Origin: Mytilus californianus
Lineage: Eukaryota
Reading direction: 5' to 3'
Length of the DNA stretch: 64,000 bases
Assembly: GCF_021869535.1 (NCBI RefSeq)
Contig: NW_026262734.1
Span: 22,258,001 to 22,322,000 of the forward strand
Part shown: piece by piece, positions 60,606-64,000 of the stretch
How the letters are laid out: each line of letters opens with the position of its first letter
How positions within the stretch are numbered: the first letter of the stretch is position 1
Translations under genes and position numbers: made by a program
Notes under the pieces: generated by a model
The model's input: the letters and a program-made list of their open reading frames with translations, nothing else
Told to the model about the DNA's origin: nothing
Database searches by the model: none

Positions 60606-60928
60606 CACTACAGACTGCCAAGAGTCTGAAAAGACCATATTTTGTGCTCGTCCAGTAAAATCGAGCACAGATTTTACTCGACTAGTCTCGACATTATCTC
60701 GACAGTACTTAACTGTACTTGACTGTACTCGACTTTGGTCTCGACTTTACTTATTAAGTCTAATTCAGCATTTCATGATCTTGGTGTAGTCTGAAATAGT
60801 CTCGACCAAGGCTCGACCAGTCACGACCTGTCTCGACTAGTCTCGACCTGTCTTGGCAAGTGTCGAACAGTCTCGAACAGTCTCGATCAGTCTTGACCTG
60901 TCTCGACCTGTCTCAACTATTCTTGATC
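60606..60928. repeat. Degenerate 10-bp (gtctcgacct) repeat cluster, possibly a transposon subterminal region
   Basis: More than a dozen tctcgac/actcgac motifs at ~10-bp spacing, starting after cactacagac; absent from the paralogous intron. Confidence 0.7.
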
Positions 60929-60930
60929 TT

Positions 60931-61510
60931 CTTACTGAATCCCAGGTCGTAATGCAGTTTGGTATATTTCTGTCAAATTTAAGGATTAAATTAGTCTAGG
61001 TCAAAAAAGCTAGAATTTGCAGTTCGAACGTAATTCAGATAGTTCACATTAAATTTTTTTATAACTTTTTCAAATCAACTTGGATTTTTATAAAACTATA
61101 CAGCTATCTCAGTTATATATTGAACTTACTGAATCCCAGGTCGTTATGTAGTTTGGTGTATTGCTGTCAAATTTAAGAATTAAATTAATCTAGGTAAAAA
61201 AAAAGCTTGAATTTGCAGTTCGGACTTAATTCAGATATTACACTTTAATCTTTTTAAATCTTTTTCAAATCAACTTGGATTTCCTATACAGCTATCTCAG
61301 TTATATATTGATCTTACTGAATCCCAGGTCGTTATGCAGTTTGGTGTATTTCTGTCAAATTTAAGGATTGAATTAGTCTAGGTCAAAAAAGCTAGAATTT
61401 GTAGTTCGAACGTAATTCAGATAGTTCACATTAATTTTTTTTATAACTTTTTCAAATCAACTTGGATTTTTATAAAACTATACAGCTATCTCAGTTATAT
61501 ATTGATCTTA
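60931..61510. repeat. ~190-bp tandem repeat x3, plus a detached partial copy at ~61810-61862
   Basis: cttactgaatcccaggtcg starts at 60931, 61125 and 61313 (periods 194 and 188). Confidence 0.92.
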
Positions 61511-62484
61511 CTATTAGATAATGGTTCAACATCTTTTGTTAGTGTTACATAATTCAAAATATATCCAATTTTAAATAGAAAAGAAAGTCAGAATGATACA
61601 CATATATTGTACTATCAGCACACAGAAAAGTGCATATCATAGTAATTTTTCGAATTGGCCTTGAACAGTCAGATTAAGTAAAATATATTCTTAAATACAG
61701 GTATTATATGCAAGATTCGTAGAACTGTATCGTTTAAATTTTTTTGATTCGAGCGTCACTGATGAGTCGTTTGTAGACGAAACGCGTGTCTGGCGCCAAT
61801 ACAAAATTTCAGTTATATATTGATCTTACTGAATCCCAGGTCGTTATGTAGTTTGGTGTTTTGCTGTCAAATTTGAGGATTGATGCAACTGTCGTACAAG
61901 TGAGAGGTTTAGCGCTTTAAAACCAGGTTTAATGCACCATTTTCTACATTTGAAAATGCCTGTACAAAGTCAGGAATATGACAGTTGTTTGATAAGTTTT
62001 ATCAATTGATTTTGCCAATTGTTAGGGACTTTCCGTTTTGAATTTTCCTCGGACTTCAGTATTTTTGTGATTTTCTTTTTTTTTCAATCCTGGTATCTAT
62101 GATGAATTTATTCACTTTTCACGATTTCTTTCCAAAGCTTTATATTTAGCAAAAGGAAGACTGATTTGTGACTTCATACAAGAAAGTCCAATTTCAACAT
62201 TGCTATACTATGTCAATTAATGCATTACAAGAACATAATTTATTTTGCAGAAAACTCAGAAGTAAACATTCTGGTACCAGTTAAAACAAATGTAACAAGG
62301 ATACACATGCAAAGAGTCAAATTAGATAAAATTGCATAAAACCAAAAACAAAAATCTTTTATAACCCTCTCACAATCCTTGAAATTTTATTTAAATCATA
62401 TTCACTGTCTTTGAAATTTTTTATATTATTTTAAATATGTATTTACTTATGAAATTTTTGAACAATGTTTTTAAATTATATTAC

Positions 62485-62707
62485 CTGAATAGAAAAATCC
62501 AGCCATAGCCAAATCTTCAGGTGTTTGCTTTATAGTACTTGTCCAACTTTTGAATGATTTCAATCTTTTTTCCATGCTTTCATATTGAGAATACCGCGGA
62601 AGCTTTTGTTGAAGGTCAGTACTTACAACCACTTGGGCAGTGATCTGTTCGGTATTGCTGTTTTTTGCTGCACCTTGAGTATTGCATCTCGCATCAAGTG
62701 AATCCCC
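62485..62707 (-). CDS. IAP gene, BIR1 5'-half exon; upstream exons not identified
   Basis: GDSLDARC...KRLKSFKSWTSTIKQTPEDLAMAGFFYSG; acceptor gtgttttag|GGG, donor G|gtaata; 223 nt, phases 0 and 1. Confidence 0.88.
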
Positions 62708-64000
62708 CTAAAACACGTATAAAATATTATAAATAAGATTTACATTTAGTTTTACAATATTATGTGGTTATCATAGGTTTTCAAGCTCTAGATTGGAACC
62801 CAAAAGAATACAAATATTACTGAAAGCCAAGTGTAATACTCCCAAAAATATTTCTCACCGTTGACGATTTCAAATCTTAATCATAAACGCCATTTTTTGC
62901 TATTTTAAGTAGCGTATATACCTGACTATATCAGAATATGGGTATTAAATCAGATTTTAACAGGAAGATAATATCAAAAAACCGACACAGATAAAAATTG
63001 TAAACATAGTCAAAGTGTTCAGGCTTTAATTAAATCTGTATTTGGGTAAGATGATGAAGGCAAACGATCTGTATTGCGTCCTATACTTTTAGAGGCAAAT
63101 AATATTTAACAACTATTTAATAGTACTGGGTAAACACGTTAATTATGAGCTATGAAAGTCAATTAGTTCGGGCATTTTTCTGAGTAAGTTTTAAAAATTT
63201 CAAACAAATATTCTGTGAGTAAGCATTCGTTAGCTGTCACTATCCCATAGATTAACAACTTTTGGTTATAATTTAGAAACTTGGTTGAAGGTGGAGAGCG
63301 TATACTGTGTTAATGAATTATATTGATGTGTCATTTGTATGTAAGAGTGACATTCCTTTGTACTATGTTCCAATTCGAAAAAGTCAATTGAACCTGTGCG
63401 TGTATTATCTCCCTTGAACAGGTTCATAATTTTATAGTAACGTATAGTTATTTGATTTAGAATAATTACAAAATTTATCAATTCAATAGATTTCAGTTAA
63501 ACTTTCTGTTTTTGGTTTATTAAAGGCATTCATGTATAAATATGATTTTATTAATTTGTTTTGAAATGTTTAAAATTTTTATATATAAATATAAAGAACC
63601 TTTCATATATTTCTAAATACTATTCAGATACGTTTTCAATAAACAAACCGACCATGCACGATAATTGTTCTTACCCACCTTCAATTACAAATTACTTAGT
63701 TTAGTAACACAAACACACATAAGATACACATAAGCACAAACACAAAAACAGAGCACCATCACCACCACTTTATTCAAGAAACTTCAAACTTAGGTCAAAT
63801 ACTTTAGTGAGAAATTATGATTGAAACCTGTAAAAAGCATTTAAACTTTTATGAAAAAGACTATATATGAAAATTATCTCCCCATAATGTTCAAATGATG
63901 GGAAAATTAACCAGAGTTATTTTACATAAATCAAAAAGAGGGGCTAGCAAACAATTTTTAATTTGAGCTTAATTAACGTTAAAGCAATGAAATTTGGTGA

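Noticed and set aside
60931-61510. Tandem arrays (here, 9323-9490 and 49218-50050) as CRISPR-like
   Set aside because: No unique spacers, no cas genes, eukaryotic context.

Overview
AT-rich eukaryotic (intron-containing) DNA. The interspersed repeat families suggest a bivalve, probably Mytilus (inference). No rRNA, true tRNA or CRISPR was found. (1) 4282-14796, minus strand: the first seven coding exons of MSH4, all splicing in frame, with an N-terminal tandem array of Thr-Pro motifs. The gene runs off the left edge. Its introns hold an antisense NHL/beta-propeller ORF, a complete 3.46-kb hAT transposon with an unusual 6-bp TSD, a Penelope-like RT relic and several MITEs. (2) 18304-38396, minus strand: a tandem array of five thiopurine-S-methyltransferase-like genes with intronless CDSs (four open, one MITE-disrupted). 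The SAM-binding motif is conserved, but the substrate-side residues are remodelled and the copies are mosaic. (3) 41-52 kb: mostly repeats, including a foldback-like element with ~500-bp inverted arms and a Helentron-type core-repeat element. (4) 55001-62707, minus strand: four exons of an IAP gene whose two BIR domains appear to derive from an in-frame intragenic tandem duplication. All splice models were derived by hand from GT/AG signals and frame arithmetic, with no expression data. Family assignments rest on recalled motifs, not database searches.
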